Shown here: piece after piece, positions 12,759 to 28,384 of the stretch
Position numbering within the stretch: the stretch's first letter is position 1
How the letters are laid out: every line of letters begins with the position of its first letter
Source: Octopus sinensis
Taxonomy: Eukaryota
Length of the DNA: 64,000 nucleotides
Reading direction: 5' to 3'
NCBI RefSeq assembly: GCF_006345805.1
Contig: NC_043013.1
Span: forward strand, 24,490,001-24,554,000
Notes under the pieces: generated by a model
The model's input: the letters and a program-made list of their open reading frames with translations, nothing else
What the model was told of the DNA's origin: nothing
The model's database searches: none
Position numbers and translations under genes: made by a program

Positions 12759-13149
12759 CATATATATAAACGTGAAGTTGTGTGTCTGTCTCCTACGATT
12801 TAGATTCCTAACTACTCCCACATTTTGCGGTGCAGTGTAACCAAAAGCGGGTATCTTATAGTCGTGATTCATATCGAGCCCTTATGGGTATTAGCGCGCG
12901 TCTACGATGAGTCTACGATTTTAAAAACAATTTACCATCATTTTTCCTATTTTAATGCATCTTTTTGCTATTATATAAGGGAAGTAACTCTCTAAAAGTG
13001 TATTATTAAATCTCAGAACGTAAAAAGCTAGAGTAACACCCCCTTTGTGGTTAGCCATATTGAGATGGCTATTATACTTTACATCTCTAAAAAATGCTTA
13101 TATAGTTATTTCCCTTACAAACCCGAGCAACGCCTGGTGATACTGCTAG
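12759..13149 (+). mobile_element. Non-autonomous Helitron
   Basis: 5' end resembling TCTATATATATAAA; 3' GC-rich hairpin CCCGAGCAACGCCTGG then CTAG (13146-13149) followed by T. Confidence 0.7.
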
Positions 13150-15122
13150 TATTTTTTAAATTAATTATAATGAACGTTTTGGATTATTTTATAAAACTTC
13201 TCCCGTAGAACTAAAACAGAAATGTAAGATCTTCTCCATATTAACATTCATAATTTACATTCACTAGTATAATATTGTAAGCTTAGCTTTACAAATTTAC
13301 GTTTATTTCTTTGGTAGAATAATTATGGTAACTGTCAGGTTGAAATATTTCACTATCACCGTTTAATATTTATGTGAAATTGGCATTATCGGCTGATAGT
13401 CGGACGAAAGGATTCGCAGTACATCTGTTTACGTTCTCAAATCTCAATAAGATTGACTACTTCTTGCATAGGGAAGGGTTCGATTTTATCTGCGGGACCC
13501 TTCTTTACGTGTGTGACCTTGTGCATAATCTATAATATTCTTGCCATCCACATCTCAATAATTTATTTCATAAGATTGATGTCGCTGTTTGAACTCACCA
13601 CTTCCCATACAAGGCGCATCGGTCGATTGAAGTTTTGATTTATGTTTGCTGATGACGAAATAGGAACAGTTGACGCTTTGATTAATAAACAGACGACTTG
13701 GTGGATGAGCAATTTGCGACTCGTTTAAATTATAACAAAAAATATATAATTATTTATTCCACCTTCTAGTACGGTATTCAAGCCATTTGGTTGAAATGTT
13801 ACGATCAGAATTGTCAATTATTGGATGATCTCCTTGACTGGTTTCAAAGTAAAGCAGAATATGCGGCTGTCATTCCCTTTTCAGTGGCATCAGTGACATA
13901 AACGAAGTGCATACTACCTATTTCATTCTCGTTCACCTTTTAAGACTATTCAAGAATTTTACTCTCTTTCACTCTGCTAACGTGGGTCTAATTTCAGTTA
14001 TATTTTCATTGTACAACTCGTACAAATTCATCTTAGACATCACTATAGAATACTATTATTATGTCTAAGACATTTAAGAACATTTTGTGAATGCTAAAAT
14101 TTATTGGTCACACTTTCTAAAGTGACACATTTTACATTAGATCATTGTATTAGTTGTATTAGTTGTATTAGTTGATTTAACAGTAGTAATCGGCTATATT
14201 GCCTGCAGACGGTGTTATTCGTAGATACCGTTTGCCATTTAACTATTAAAAACGTCCGACAAGATGGAAATATTCAGTTTGGTATCGGAAACGCAACATT
14301 TCCCAAACAAATTCTACACCTCAATCTGTTACAAATGTCAATAATTGCTTTTGGTTTAAAATTAATCTTTAAAATGTTTAGAAAAATTATTTATAATCAA
14401 AGCTTCATTTCACGCAATTGTAACTTTCATAAACGCATGTCCAACAAATATACATCTTATGCTCTTTAAATAAATTAGCAAAATCTTAAAAAAATCTGAC
14501 CTCACTCAGGTAACTTAATTTTAAATGATGTCCTAGAATAATATGTAATTATAGACTAAATACGAAATATTTATGTGTTTCATTTTTATTGTTAATAAAT
14601 CTTGTTATGATCTGAGTCAGTTCTTTTCAGGTAAAAATGTGAAGAAAATATTAGTGGAGATTGGAGTCAAAAGGAAGAACAGTCTAACAAAACTTATAAA
14701 TATTCAAGTAAAAATAAATCGCTTATTGAATAGTTGCCGTTACTTCAGAAACTGGCTTGTAAAAAGAAAAAAAATTCTAACATCTTTTAGAGATATAGAA
14801 CAAATCAGGAATAAAGCATCATGTTGATAATTATTTTTCTTCCTAAATATATGAAATTAAATATTGTACTCCATATCGATGTGTTTTTTATATTATAACT
14901 ATATACGTCTAATGCATATATCATATAATTTCATGTATAATCATATTAGTAAAGTTTCACTACGTTTGTTCTCTTCAAAAAAATTTAAAAAACTATTAAC
15001 GAAAAAATAAACTATAAACGAAATTGTCTTTGTTTTTTTTTTATCGGATTGCTTGATTTTTATCAATTATTTATCATTCAATAGAACTCCGGCTACCGGA
15101 GAAAAATTAAACTTACCAGAAA

Positions 15123-15200
15123 CTATATAAGGTCAAGCTGAGCTCGAATGTCCACATCTCGATAAAAGCTCAGCAGGCCGAAATTTCGAAGTCACTGTCA
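15123..15200 (+). ncRNA. Highly degenerate hammerhead-like motif
   Basis: Stem GGTC-AA-GCTGAGCT...AGCTCAGC-A-GGCC followed by GAAAT-TTCGAA-GTC (palindromic stem III, GTC triplet); CUGANGA box lost. Confidence 0.35.
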
Positions 15201-15807
15201 ACACTTTTCTTATTAAAAGCCCACAAAAAAGTATTCTCCAAAAAGTATTGAGCAATGTTTCAGTTTAATGTAAAAGGGTTTTCATTATAACTTGATATAA
15301 AAACATTATATATATATATATAAAGGTTAGCTGAGTTAGAGCTTAAAATAACCGTCTTAGGTATAGAAGTATCCATTATACTACTGGTGGTATATACCTA
15401 TGTTTAACCATGGGTATACATACTCAAGGATATTATACTCATAAATTATAGGTAAAAACAAGGATAAACATGAGTTTATCAAGAACCAAAATTTAAAGAC
15501 AACAGAAAATGGAGAAATAGTGATGAACAACAATAGGCTTACATCAATTATTATTTATTAATTCAAAACTAAAAGATAGTATCCCATCTTACAGCTGTTC
15601 CTGCTTCCAATGTTGAATGGAATTGCCATTGATAGGCTAAAAATAATATTTCGTAATAGGACCGATCTGAAACACATTAAAGAATAAAAAAAAAAAAAGA
15701 GGAGCCTTGATAGGAAAAAGGAAAAATTGAATATGTTTGTCATTCACTTAAAGTCCCAGAGAGATACAGAAGAAAATGCTATGATTACAACCAAATTCAA
15801 TTTTTCC

Positions 15808-16073
15808 TATATTTGCACGAAGCCTCTTGTACTTTGTTATTCTTCGCTCTGAAGAAGCTCCATGTTTCAGATCGGATTTATTACCATACATGATAAATAA
15901 TTTTAGCATATCAATGCCAATAACATAAAATATTGTAAGAATGAAAACCTGTTAGATGAGACGCGGTAAATATGTATTGAAAAAATAAATAATTGAAGAA
16001 TTCTTGTCCATCAATATTTCTCAAATTTATGATTTCTTTATATATATAATATATATTATATATATATATATAT

Positions 16074-16113
<40 letters not shown>

Positions 16114-16607
16114 TAGATAGATAGTTAGATAAATATATATACATAGATATATATAGATATATATATAGATAATAACAGTGTAGCACAAAACGGCGGTGCA
16201 TCAGCATGGCCGCAGCTCTGAGCTGAAAAAAAAAAAATTAATAAAGATATATAGATATAGATATATAGACATACATATAATAAATACAAATATCGATTAT
16301 ATATAATATATATATATATAAATAAAAATATATATATATATAAATACATATATTTATAAATGTATATATATATATAAAGAAATCATAAATTTGAGAAATA
16401 TTGATGGACAAGAATTCTTCAATTATTTATTTTTTCAATACATATTTACCGCGTCTCATCTAACAGGTTTTCATTCTTACAATATTTTATGTTATTGGCA
16501 TTGATATGCTAAAATTATTTATCATGTATGGTAATAAATCCGATCTGAAACATGGAGCTTCTTCAGAGCGAAGAATAACAAAGTACAAGAGGCTTCGTGC
16601 AAATATA
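15808..16607. repeat. Inverted repeat, ~233 bp near-perfect arms (15808-16040 / 16375-16607) around (TA)n and a LINE/SINE-tail fragment
   Basis: TTTGCACGAAGCCTCTTGTAC... versus ...GTACAAGAGGCTTCGTGCAAA; a diverged relative lies at ~15490-15680. Confidence 0.9.
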
Positions 16608-17472
16608 TATATATATAGTATTTATATATATACATATATATATATGTATTTATATATATATATGTATTTATATATATACATATATATATATGTATTTATA
16701 TATATAATATATGATGTATATATATATATATATTGTATTATATATATACATATATATTATGTATTTATATATATATATGTATTTATATATATACATATAG
16801 ATATATGATATTTATATATATAGATTATTTATATATATACATATATATATATGTATTTATTATATATATATATACATTATAAATATATGTATTTATATAT
16901 ATATATATAAATACATATATATTTATAAATGTATATATATATATAATAAATACATATCTATATATGTATATATATAAGTACATATATATATATAAGTACA
17001 TATATATATAATATATATAAATATATAATATATATAGATATATATATAAATACATATATATAAGTACATATATATATAAATACATATATATATATAAGTA
17101 CATATATATATAAATACATATATATATATATAAATACATATATATATTATATATATAAATGTATATATGTAACATAAATATAAACAGATATATATATATA
17201 TAAATACAAATATATATATATTTATAAATACACACAACACACACACACACACACATATATATATGTGTGTATATATATGCAAATATATATATATATATAT
17301 ATGTGTGTGTATATATGCAAATATATATATATATATATATAGTTAATCCAAACAAGAAAACACAAAAAACACAACAACGTTCAGAAAGTAGGAAAGAAAT
17401 ATAAATACAAATATATATATATACAAATAGATATAGGTATGTATATATAAATACAAATATATATATATAAAT

Positions 17473-17512
<40 letters not shown>
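16608..17512. repeat. Complex (TA)n-rich microsatellite tract
   Basis: Direct inspection. Confidence 0.95.
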
Positions 17513-17514
<2 letters not shown>

Positions 17515-17515
<1 letters not shown>

Positions 17516-18260
17516 TATAAAAATTATATATGAAGAAACAAGAACATGAAATACAGAAAGGGACGAACACAGAAAACAGACGGGTCATTCGAAGCCTTTA
17601 ATCTTCAGTCAGAAACCGGATCATCATAGCAAATTTCGGCTGATTAATTCTGATATTTGCTCCAACGCGGCCAGCCCCAATGAAAAACTAAGCTGTGAGC
17701 ATTAGATTTCTTGGAAAAAGGAACGAATGTAAACGCAACAAGGACAGAAAAACGGACGAAGCCACACGAATATAAATACGAAAAACGAAAACAAAAATAA
17801 AAACAAGAATGGTAATAACAGGATAACAGCAGGTGTCTTACGACTTTAGACAAATTGAGACAAATTTAACTTATCTAGCAGGCTGCGGTCACCAACGAAA
17901 TGGCTTGTTAAGCAGCAGGTCACATGAGGGCAGAGAGAGAGAAAGAGAGAAAGAGAGAGAAGGAATTAAAGAGGGTGGAAGACAGAGGGCGCCAAGGATT
18001 GACCAGGTCACGTGAGTGTAAGAGAGAGAGAGAAAGAAGGAATTAAAGAGGATGGAAGGAAGAGACAGAGCGCACCAAAATGGCTTAGCAACAGAAGCAA
18101 TGGCGCACAGTGAGAAAGGCAGAGAAACGTGGGAGAGTGGGGGAAGAGGGGGACCAAAGAATCAAGGCGAGAAAGAGAAAGACAGAAAGTGAGGTATAGA
18201 GAAAGTTTTTAGAAGTCGTACAAATGGATAAAATGTAAACATACATAAGGGAACGAGGTG
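17515..18260 (-). mobile_element. Diverged opposite-orientation relative of the element at 1303-2553
   Basis: Shares ATCAGCCGAAAT...GATGATCCGG...GACTGAAGA and a GA/CT-rich core containing GTCACGTGA. Confidence 0.55.
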
Positions 18261-18314
18261 TACGTACGCCGCAATAATATAGGTATAAAAAATTATATAT
18301 AAAGAAATATATAT

Positions 18315-18354
<40 letters not shown>

Positions 18355-18431
18355 ATAAATATTAGGGAATAATCCAAATTTACAGGCAAAAAATCAGATT
18401 TAGGATTAAATCGATTTTATAGTAAAATATT

Positions 18432-18755
18432 ATAAAATATATTCGAGACAAAACCACTATTTTGCAAAACAAACAAGGAAAGACTTAATCAATACATAAA
18501 TTTAATGAATAGTCAAAAAAACCGCCACTAAAATCGTTTCTTGTCTTGATCGACAATCTTCAGGTGGACTTCCAATTACAAGTCAATTTCAAATAATTAT
18601 TTGAAATTGACTTGTAATTGGAAGTCCACCTGAAGATTGTCGATCAAGACAAGAAACGATTTTAGTGGCGGTTTTTTTGACTATTCATTAAAATTTTATG
18701 TATTGATTAAGTCTTTCCTTGTTTGTTTTGCAAAATAGTGGTTTTGTCTCGAATA

Positions 18756-18765
<10 letters not shown>
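18432..18765. repeat. Spacerless palindrome, ~165 bp arms, between (TA)n tracts
   Basis: Centre AAATAA|TTATTT at 18596/18597; arms differ only by a few single-base indels. Confidence 0.95.
18626..18668 (+). ncRNA. Minimal type-I hammerhead ribozyme motif (mirror copy on minus strand at 18525-18567)
   Basis: CCAC-CTGAAGA-TTGTC(GATCAA)GACAA-GAAAC-GATT-TTA-GTGG: stem I, intact CUGANGA and GAAA boxes, stem II; stem III has one mismatch. Confidence 0.7.
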
Positions 18766-18842
<77 letters not shown>

Positions 18843-19028
18843 ACAGAGATAGATAGATAGATAGATATAGATATATATAGATATATATAACATACATATA
18901 CAGATAGATATAGATATATATACACACATGTATATATATAATATATATAATATATATAAATATATATACAGATATATATATAGCAAGATATAAATATATA
19001 AATATATATATATAAATATAATATAGAG

Positions 19029-19071
<43 letters not shown>

Positions 19072-19297
19072 ATGGGGGGAGAGAGATAGATGCATACAAT
19101 TGTGAAAAGGTCTTATTGACGAGTTTCATGTCTTCCCTTCCCTGAAGAGAAGATTACATTGTTTTACACCATTTATTCCTTTGGAATGATGACAGCGTTA
19201 AAGTACTTTTGTCTATTTATAATGTATATATAATATATATATATATATATAATATATATATATATAATATATATATATATAATATATATTAATATAT

Positions 19298-19405
19298 GCC
19301 AAGTTTGGGACAAGTTCTGGATCTTCCAGATGTATATTATGGCATATCTTTCTCGCCTACGCTCTAAGGAATAGAGTCTCAATCTCTTGAGTCTTTCCCA
19401 ATAGC
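19298..19405 (-). mobile_element. CR1-like LINE fragment
   Basis: LSYWERLKRLRLYSLERRRERYAIIYIWKI. Confidence 0.85.
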
Positions 19406-19830
19406 TTAAATGTGGAAGTGATATATCTCGACTTTGCAAAGGCCTTTGATAAAGTCGATCATGGAATGATATGTCACAAACTGCGTGATCTTAGCATAGT
19501 TGGAAAACTGGGAGAATGGCTTCATGACTTTCTGAAAGATAGAAGTCAGGTGGTAGTAGCCAATGGGGCCACTTCCATTAACAGGCAAATAGTGAGCGGT
19601 GTTCCGCAGGGCACTGTTTTGGGACCACTACTGTTCATAATGGCCCTCTCAGACATGCCCTCAGCCACGCAGAGAGCCACGATCACAAGTTATACGACTG
19701 GCCGGATGGATTCTCAGAACCTTTAGAACAAGAGAAGTTGCTAAAAAGCATTCGTGAAGTAAAACCATGTAGCAACACCAAATGGCGGTGCCCAAGCATG
19801 GCCACAGCTCGTGAGCTGAAACTAGAATCA
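19406..19830 (+). mobile_element. CR1-like LINE, internally deleted (RT core joined to 3' tail)
   Basis: VIYLDFAKAFDKVDH...SGVPQGTVLGPLLF, then jumps to a later RT segment and to the tail GGCGGTGCCCAAGCATGGCCACAGC. Confidence 0.85.
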
Positions 19831-19861
19831 ATCATATGTATATATATATATTATTTATTTT

Positions 19862-21088
19862 TTATATCTAGTTTCAGCTCACAAGCTGTGGCTATGCTGT
19901 GGCACCACCATTTGGTGTTGCTACATGATTTTACTTCACGAATGCTTTTTAGCAATTGCCATTTTGGTGCATGAGAGAGTTCGATGCAGCTGCCCTCATC
20001 TGCACCTCCTGCCGTGAAGTTGGTTCATCTGGGACACCTGACAAGAAGAGATTCAGTTTTATTTTAAAGATATCTGCATCCACCCCTTGCACGTCTCTTA
20101 GGTTCTTCAGGAGGATATTGAAGAGCTGTGGGCCTCGGAAGCCCAGGCTATCATAGTATCTTGTCCTACATTTTAATGGCAAATTTGGAGTTCTTGGCAC
20201 TATGCAGTGGCGCCCAGTTCTGGCATTTGTGTAACTCTCGATGCCAAAGTTTGGGACAAGTTCTTCTAGGATCTTCCAGATGTATATTATGGCATATCTT
20301 TCTCGCCTACGCTCCAAGGAATAGAGTTTTAATCTCTTGAGTCTTTCCCAGTAGCTTATATGCTGCACAGAGGCTATCTTCTTCGAGTAGCTTCGTTAGA
20401 TCGCCTCAAGTTCTGTGATTAACTTGACACTGGATGGTGACCATAGCTGAGAGCAATAGTCAAAGTGGCTTAGGACAAGTGTCCTCCAGAGGACCATCAT
20501 GGTTTCCTGGTCTCTTGTTCTAAAGGTTCTAAGAATCCATCCGGTCAGCCGCCTACATTTCATTGCCAATTTAGCAACATGCACATGAAAGGTTGCGTCA
20601 TCACTCATGTAAATACCTAGGTCTCGCACTGATTGTGCCTCTGGGATTGCAATCCCTCCAGGTCCAGTGAATTTATTGGGTATTGCATTTAGTTTTGCAT
20701 GCTGATAGCATAAAGCTTGAAACTTTTCAGCATTGAACTGCATGCTATTCTTTTCAGCCCACTTGTATATTTTGTACAGCTCACATTGCAGGTGCTTAGT
20801 GTCTTCAGGGCTCTGTATTGCCTGTGAAACTTTTATATCATCTGCATAAATTGTGATCGTGGCTTTCATCAATAGCCTTTATAACATCGTCTTCCTTTAT
20901 ATTGATGTAATCAATCATCGCTGCCTCTGATTTTATCTCTGCAGTGGTAAAGAAGTCAGTTGGATTGCTGACTTGAAAATGCCCTAGGGGTGGAGTGAAA
21001 ATACTCTTGAATTGCTCATTTAGTATTTCACTTACCCTCATTGGTTTTCCTGTGAGTGTGCCGTCCATTTCAAAGAGTGGCCCTATCC
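19862..21088 (-). mobile_element. CR1-like LINE 3' portion, RT core deleted near 20870
   Basis: ORFs with IYADDIKV, VRDLGI, DYCSQLWSP and YSLERRRER; 3' tail at ~19865-19960. Confidence 0.9.
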
Positions 21089-24000
21089 TACATACGTACG
21101 TAGTATATATACACATACGTACGTACGTATATATACATATATAAATACTGACGTACGTACGTATAAATACATACATACGTACGTACATATTTATGTATAT
21201 ATATACATACACACATACGTACGTCCGTATGCACATATATATACATACATAGATACGTATGTACGTACGTACGTATAAATACATACATACGTACGAATAT
21301 ATACACACATACGTACGTACGTAGGTATATACATACATACGTACGTATATAAACTTACATACATACGTACATACGTACGTACATATATACATACATACAC
21401 ACGTACGTACGTATATATATATACATACATACGTACGTACGTATATATACATACAAAAGTGCGTACGTACAGATACGTACATAGGTAAGTACGTATATAT
21501 ATATATACATACATACTTATATACGTACGTACGTATATAAACATACATACATACGTACGTACGTACATATACATACATACGTACGGATGTATATATACAT
21601 ACATACGTACGTACGTATGTACATATATACATACAAAGTACGGACGTATATAGACATACATACGTACGGACGTACATATACATACATACATACGTACGGA
21701 CGTATATATACATAGATACATACGTACGTACGTATATATACATACGTATATAGGTATGTAGGTACGTATATATACATACATACATCCGTACGTACGAATG
21801 ATTATATGCATAAATACATACGTATGCACGTACGTATATATACATATATAGATACGAGCGTACGTATGTATATATACATACATACATACATGCGTACGTA
21901 CGTACATACTCTTTTATTTGTTTCAGGCATTTGACTGCGGCCATGCTGGAACACCGACTTTAATCGAGCAACTCAACCCCGGGACTTATTCTTTCGTAAG
22001 CCCAGTACTTATTCTATCGGTCTCTTTTGCCCAACCGCTATGTAACGGAGTCATAAACAAACCAGGATCGGTTGTCAAGCAATGCAAAGGGGACAAACAC
22101 AGACACAAATAAACACACGCATACATACATATATATAGATATACACGATGGGCTTCTTTCAGTTTCCATCGACCAAATCCACTCACAAGGCCTTAGGTCG
22201 GCCCGAGGATAAAGTAGAAGACACTTACCCAAGGTGCCACGTAAAGATGTGGTTGGTAAACAAGCTACTTGCCACACAGCCACTCCTATATATATATCCG
22301 ACCCGAAAAGTGAAACTTGGAGCTATACGTAAGTATATGTATATGCATACATATGAACGTACGCACGTATATACGTATATATACATACATATATTCACAC
22401 AAACATACATACAAGTATACATACGTACGTATATGCACATACATATATACATACGTACGTACGTATATATACATACACCATGTGTACGTACGTATATATA
22501 CCTACATACATACATACGTACGTACGAATATATACGTACGTACGTATATATACATACATAGATACGTACGTAGGTATATATACATACATACGTACGTACG
22601 TATGTACATATATACATACAAAGTACGGACGTATATAGACATACATACGTACGGACGTACATATACATACATACATACGTACGGACGTATATATACATAG
22701 ATACATACGTACGTACGTATATATACATACGTATATAGGTATGTAGGTACGTATATATACATACATACATCCGTACGTACGAATGATTATATGCATAAAT
22801 ACATACGTATGCACGTACGTATATATACATATATAGATACGAGCGTACGTATGTATATATACATACATACATACATGCGTACGTACGTACATACTCTTTT
22901 ATTTGTTTCAGGCATTTGACTGCGGCCATGCTGGAACACCGACTTTAATCGAGCAACTCAACCCCGGACTTATTCTTTCGTAAGCCCAGTACTTATTCTA
23001 TCGGTCTCTTTTGCCCAACCGCTATGTAACGGAGTCATAAACAAACCAGGATCGGTTGTCAAGCAATGCAAAGGGGACAAACACAGACACAAATAAACAC
23101 ACGCATACATACATATATATAGATATACACGATGGGCTTCTTTCAGTTTCCATCGACCAAATCCACTCACAAGGCCTTAGGTCGGCCGAGGATAAAGTAG
23201 AAGACACTTACCCAAGGTGCCACGTAAAGATGTGGTTGGTAAACAAGCTACTTGCCACACAGCCACTCCTATATATATATCCGACCCGAAAAGTGAAACT
23301 TGGAGCTATACGTAAGTATATGTATATGCATACATATGAACGTACGCACGTATATACGTATATATACATACATATATTCACACAAACATACATACAAGTA
23401 TACATACGTACGTATATGCACATACATATATACATACGTACGTACGTATATATACATACACCATGCGTACGTACGTATATATACCTACATACATACATAC
23501 GTACGTACGAATATATACGTACGTACGTATATATACATACATAGATACGTACGTAGGTATATATACATACATATATACGTACGTACGTATATATCCATAA
23601 TACATACGTACGTATATATACATACACACATACATACGTACGTACGTACATATACATACATACGTAGGTACATACATATACATATATACGTACGTACACA
23701 TACATGCATACGTACGTACGTATATATACATACATGCATAGTACGTACGTATATATACAAACATACATACGTACGTACATATATATACATGAATACGTAC
23801 GTACGCACGAACGTATATGTACATACATACATACGTACGTACGTACGTACGTATATATATACACATACAGACGTACTTACGTACGTATGTATACATACAT
23901 ACATACCTACGTATATACGTACGTATGTATACTTACGCACAAACGTACATACGTACGTATGTATACACACAAATATACGTATGTATATATACATACATAC

Positions 24001-27000
24001 ATACATAAGTACGTACGTATGTACGTATACATACATACATACGTAAGTACGAACGTATATATACATATATATATATACATACGTACGTACGTAGGAATAT
24101 ACACATACATACATACGTACGGACGGTACATAAGTATATATACAGAAATACATATGTACATACGTATATATATATAGGTACGTACATGCATACATACATA
24201 CGTACGTACGTACATATACATACATACGTAGGTACATACATATACATATATACGTACGTACACATACATGCATACGTACGTACGTATATATACATACATG
24301 CATAGTACGTACGTATATATACAAACATGCATACGTACGTACATATATATACATGAATACGTACGTACGCACGAACGTATATGTACATACATACATACGT
24401 ACGTACATACGTATATATACTTACATATATACATACGTATGTATATATATATACATACGTACGTACGTATGTATACATAGATGCATACATACGTACAAAC
24501 ATGCGTATATATACATACATACATACGTCCGTATATATACATACATACATATATACATGCGTATATATACATACCTATATACAGACTTGCGTATATATAC
24601 ATACATGCATTCACACGTGCGTATATATATATATATACATACATACATACGTGCGTATATATACATACATAGATACATGCGTATATATATACATACATAC
24701 ATACATACATACATACGTGCGTATATATGTATACATACATACATTCGTGCGTATATATAAATAAACATACTCACAGACATGCGTATATATATATATATAC
24801 TAACATACATAAATGCGTAAATATATACATACATACATGCGTATATATATAAATGCATACATACAAGGGTATATATATACGTACATACATACATGCGTAT
24901 AAATATACATACATACATAGAGGCGTATATACATACATAAATGCATACATACATGCGTATATATACATACGTACATACATGCGTATATATATACATGCAT
25001 ACATACAAACATACATACGTATATACATACGAACAAACATACATACGTATATACATGCATACATACATATGTATATACATACATATGTATAACATACATA
25101 CATAAATGCGTATATATATATACATACATACATACATATATACATGCATATATACATACGTATATACATGCATACATACATACATACGTATATAGCTGCA
25201 TACATACATACATACGTATATACATGCATACATACATACATACGTTTATACATGCATACATAGATTCATATATACGTATATACATGCGTACATACATACA
25301 TAAATACATACATATAAACATGCATATATACATACATACATACATACATACGTATATAGATGCATACATACATACATTCATACATACGTATATACATGCA
25401 TATATATATACACACGTGTATATACGTGCATACATACATACGTACGTATATACATGCACAAGTAGCTACATACGTATATACATGCATACATACATACGTA
25501 CGTATATAAATACATACATACATACATACATACATAACTATATACATGCATACATACGTACGTACGAACGTTTGTATATATACATACATACACACGTACG
25601 TACGTAGGTATATATACATACGTACATACGGACGTACGTATATATAGATACATACATACGAACGTACGTATGCACGTATATGTACATACATACGTACGTA
25701 CGTGCGTATAAATACATACATACATACGCACGAACCTACCTATGTATACATACATACATACATATGTGCGTATACATACACACATACATACATACGTGCG
25801 TACGTACATATACATACATACGTACTTGCGTATATAAACATACATACATAAGTGCGTACATATACATATATACATATGTGTTGTATGTATACATACATAG
25901 ATACATACATACGTATATATACATACACACATACATACATGATATATATATCCATATACATAAATACATGCGTATATATAATCATACATGCGTATATATA
26001 TACATACATGCATACGTGCTTATATATATACATACATAGAGACATACATGCGTATATTCATACATGCATACATACATGCGTATATACATACATACATACA
26101 TACATGGGCTTATATATACATACATACATGCGCATATACATGAATACATACATACATATATACATGCGTATAGACATGCACACATACAAACATACACACG
26201 TATATACAGGCTTAACATTAATACATACCTACGTATATACATGTATACATACATACGTATATAACTGCATACAAACATGCGTACGTATATGCATGCATAC
26301 ATACATACGTATATACATGCATACATACATACATATATACGTATATACATGCATAAATACATACATACGTTTATACATACATACATACATACGTTTATAC
26401 ATGCATACATACATACGTATATACATACATACAAACATACAAACGTATATACATACATACATACGTATATACATTCATATATACGTATATACATACTTAC
26501 ATACGTATATACATACATACGTATATACATACATACGTATATACATGAATACATACATACATACGTATATTCCTGCATACATACATACGTACGTATATAC
26601 ATGCATACATACATACATACATACATATGTATATACATACATACATACATGCGTATATATATATACATAAATACATACATATATACATGCATACATACAT
26701 ACATACATAATATATACATTCTTACATACATACGTACATACGTGTATACATGCATACATACATACATATATACATACATACAAACATACAAACGTATATA
26801 CAAACATACATACATATATACATACATATATACGTATATACATACTTACACACATATATACATACATACGTATATACATACGTACATACATACGTATATA
26901 CATACATACGTATATACATACATACATATATACATACATAAATACGTATATGCATACATACATACGTATATACATACATATATGCATACGTATATACATG

Positions 27001-27153
27001 CATGCATACATACATTTGCAGGTATATACATACATACATACGTATTTACATACATAAATACATACGTATTTGTATACATACATACATACGTATATATACA
27101 TACAGACAGACATACATATATATATATACACACATGCGTATATATAAATACTT
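21089..27153. repeat. Long compound (TACG)n/(TACA)n/(TA)n satellite containing two SINE copies and internal duplications
   Basis: Direct inspection; source of the many YVRT/YIHT-type ORFs. Confidence 0.95.
21905..22287 (-). mobile_element. SINE (family of 34201-34610), duplicated at ~22890-23270
   Basis: Same head, body and tail motifs; second copy offset by ~985 bp. Confidence 0.85.
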
Positions 27154-27829
27154 AAATCCTTAAAAATGTTCTAGCCCGAAGGCCGCGGCGATGCTGGGGC
27201 ACCACCGCTGAATAAGCTATACTAATATGTGAATCCACCTCTGATACGTGGCACTTGATCAACAAGAGAGTTCGTTGCTGCTGCCCGCATCTGCGACTCC
27301 TGTTGTGAGGTAGTTTCATCTGGGACTCCCGACAAGAAGAGATCCAGTTTAGTTTTAAAGAAACCCACATTCACACCATGTAAGTCTCTCAGGCATTTAG
27401 TGAGGATGTTAAAGAGCTGTGGTCCTCTGAAACCCAAACTGTTGCAGTATCTGGACCTGTATTTTGATGGTGATGTTGGAATCTTTGGCACCATGCCCCG
27501 TTCTGCGGTTGGGGTAACTTTGAATGCCAAAGTTTGGGACAAGAGCCTCCAGGATTTTCCCGATGTATATCACCGCATATCTCTCCCGCCTCCGCTCTAG
27601 GGAGAAGAGTTTTAATACTTTCAGTTTTTCCCAGTAGCTGATATTTTGCATTGAGACGATTTTATTTGTGTAGCTTCTCTGAATTGCTTCGACTTCTGCG
27701 GTTAGTTTTATATTGTGTGGTGACCAAAGTTGGGAGCAGTAGTCCAAGCGGCTGAGGACGAATGTTTTCCAGAGGACCATCAATGTCTCTGTCTCTCCTT
27801 TTCTGAATGTTTGGAGAATCCATCCAGCT
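27154..27829 (-). mobile_element. CR1-like LINE 3' end, 5'-truncated
   Basis: AGWILQTF...DYCSQLWSP...SLERRRER...CNSLGFRGPQLFN; tail ending TTTTAAGGATTT. Confidence 0.9.
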
Positions 27830-28384
27830 ATGTACGTAAGTATACATACATAAGTGCGTACGTACGTACGTACGTATGTATACATACATAAGAGCGAACG
27901 TAAATATATATATATATATATACATACATACAAACATACGTACATACCTATATATACATACATACGTACGTATATATACAGGCGTACGTATGTGCGTGTA
28001 TATACATACATACATACGTACGTTTGTTCGTACGTATATATACATACATACGTACGTATATATACATACGTACATATGTACGTACGTACGTACGTATATG
28101 TACATAAATACATACATACATACATACATACATACATACATGCATACATACATACGTATATACATACATCCATACATACATGCATACGTACATAGATACA
28201 TACATACATACGTATATACATACATACATACGTTTATACATACATACATACGTATATACATACATACATACGTATATACATACATACATACGTATATACA
28301 TACATACATACGTATATACATACATACCTATATATATACATACATACATACGTATATATATACATTCATACGTATATATATATA
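27830..28384. repeat. (TACG)/(TACA) satellite between two LINE copies
   Basis: Direct inspection. Confidence 0.95.

Noticed and set aside
13597-13900. Candidate exons on either strand (minus GTGAGT donor; plus CCTTCTAG acceptor)
   Set aside because: Short open frames with no recognisable homology and no partner exons.
19110-19165. Hammerhead 3' half on the minus strand (GAAACTCGTC)
   Set aside because: No CUGANGA box or stem I partner on the same strand.
21089-27153. CRISPR-like or coding tandem array
   Set aside because: No constant repeat with unique spacers; eukaryotic simple-sequence satellite.
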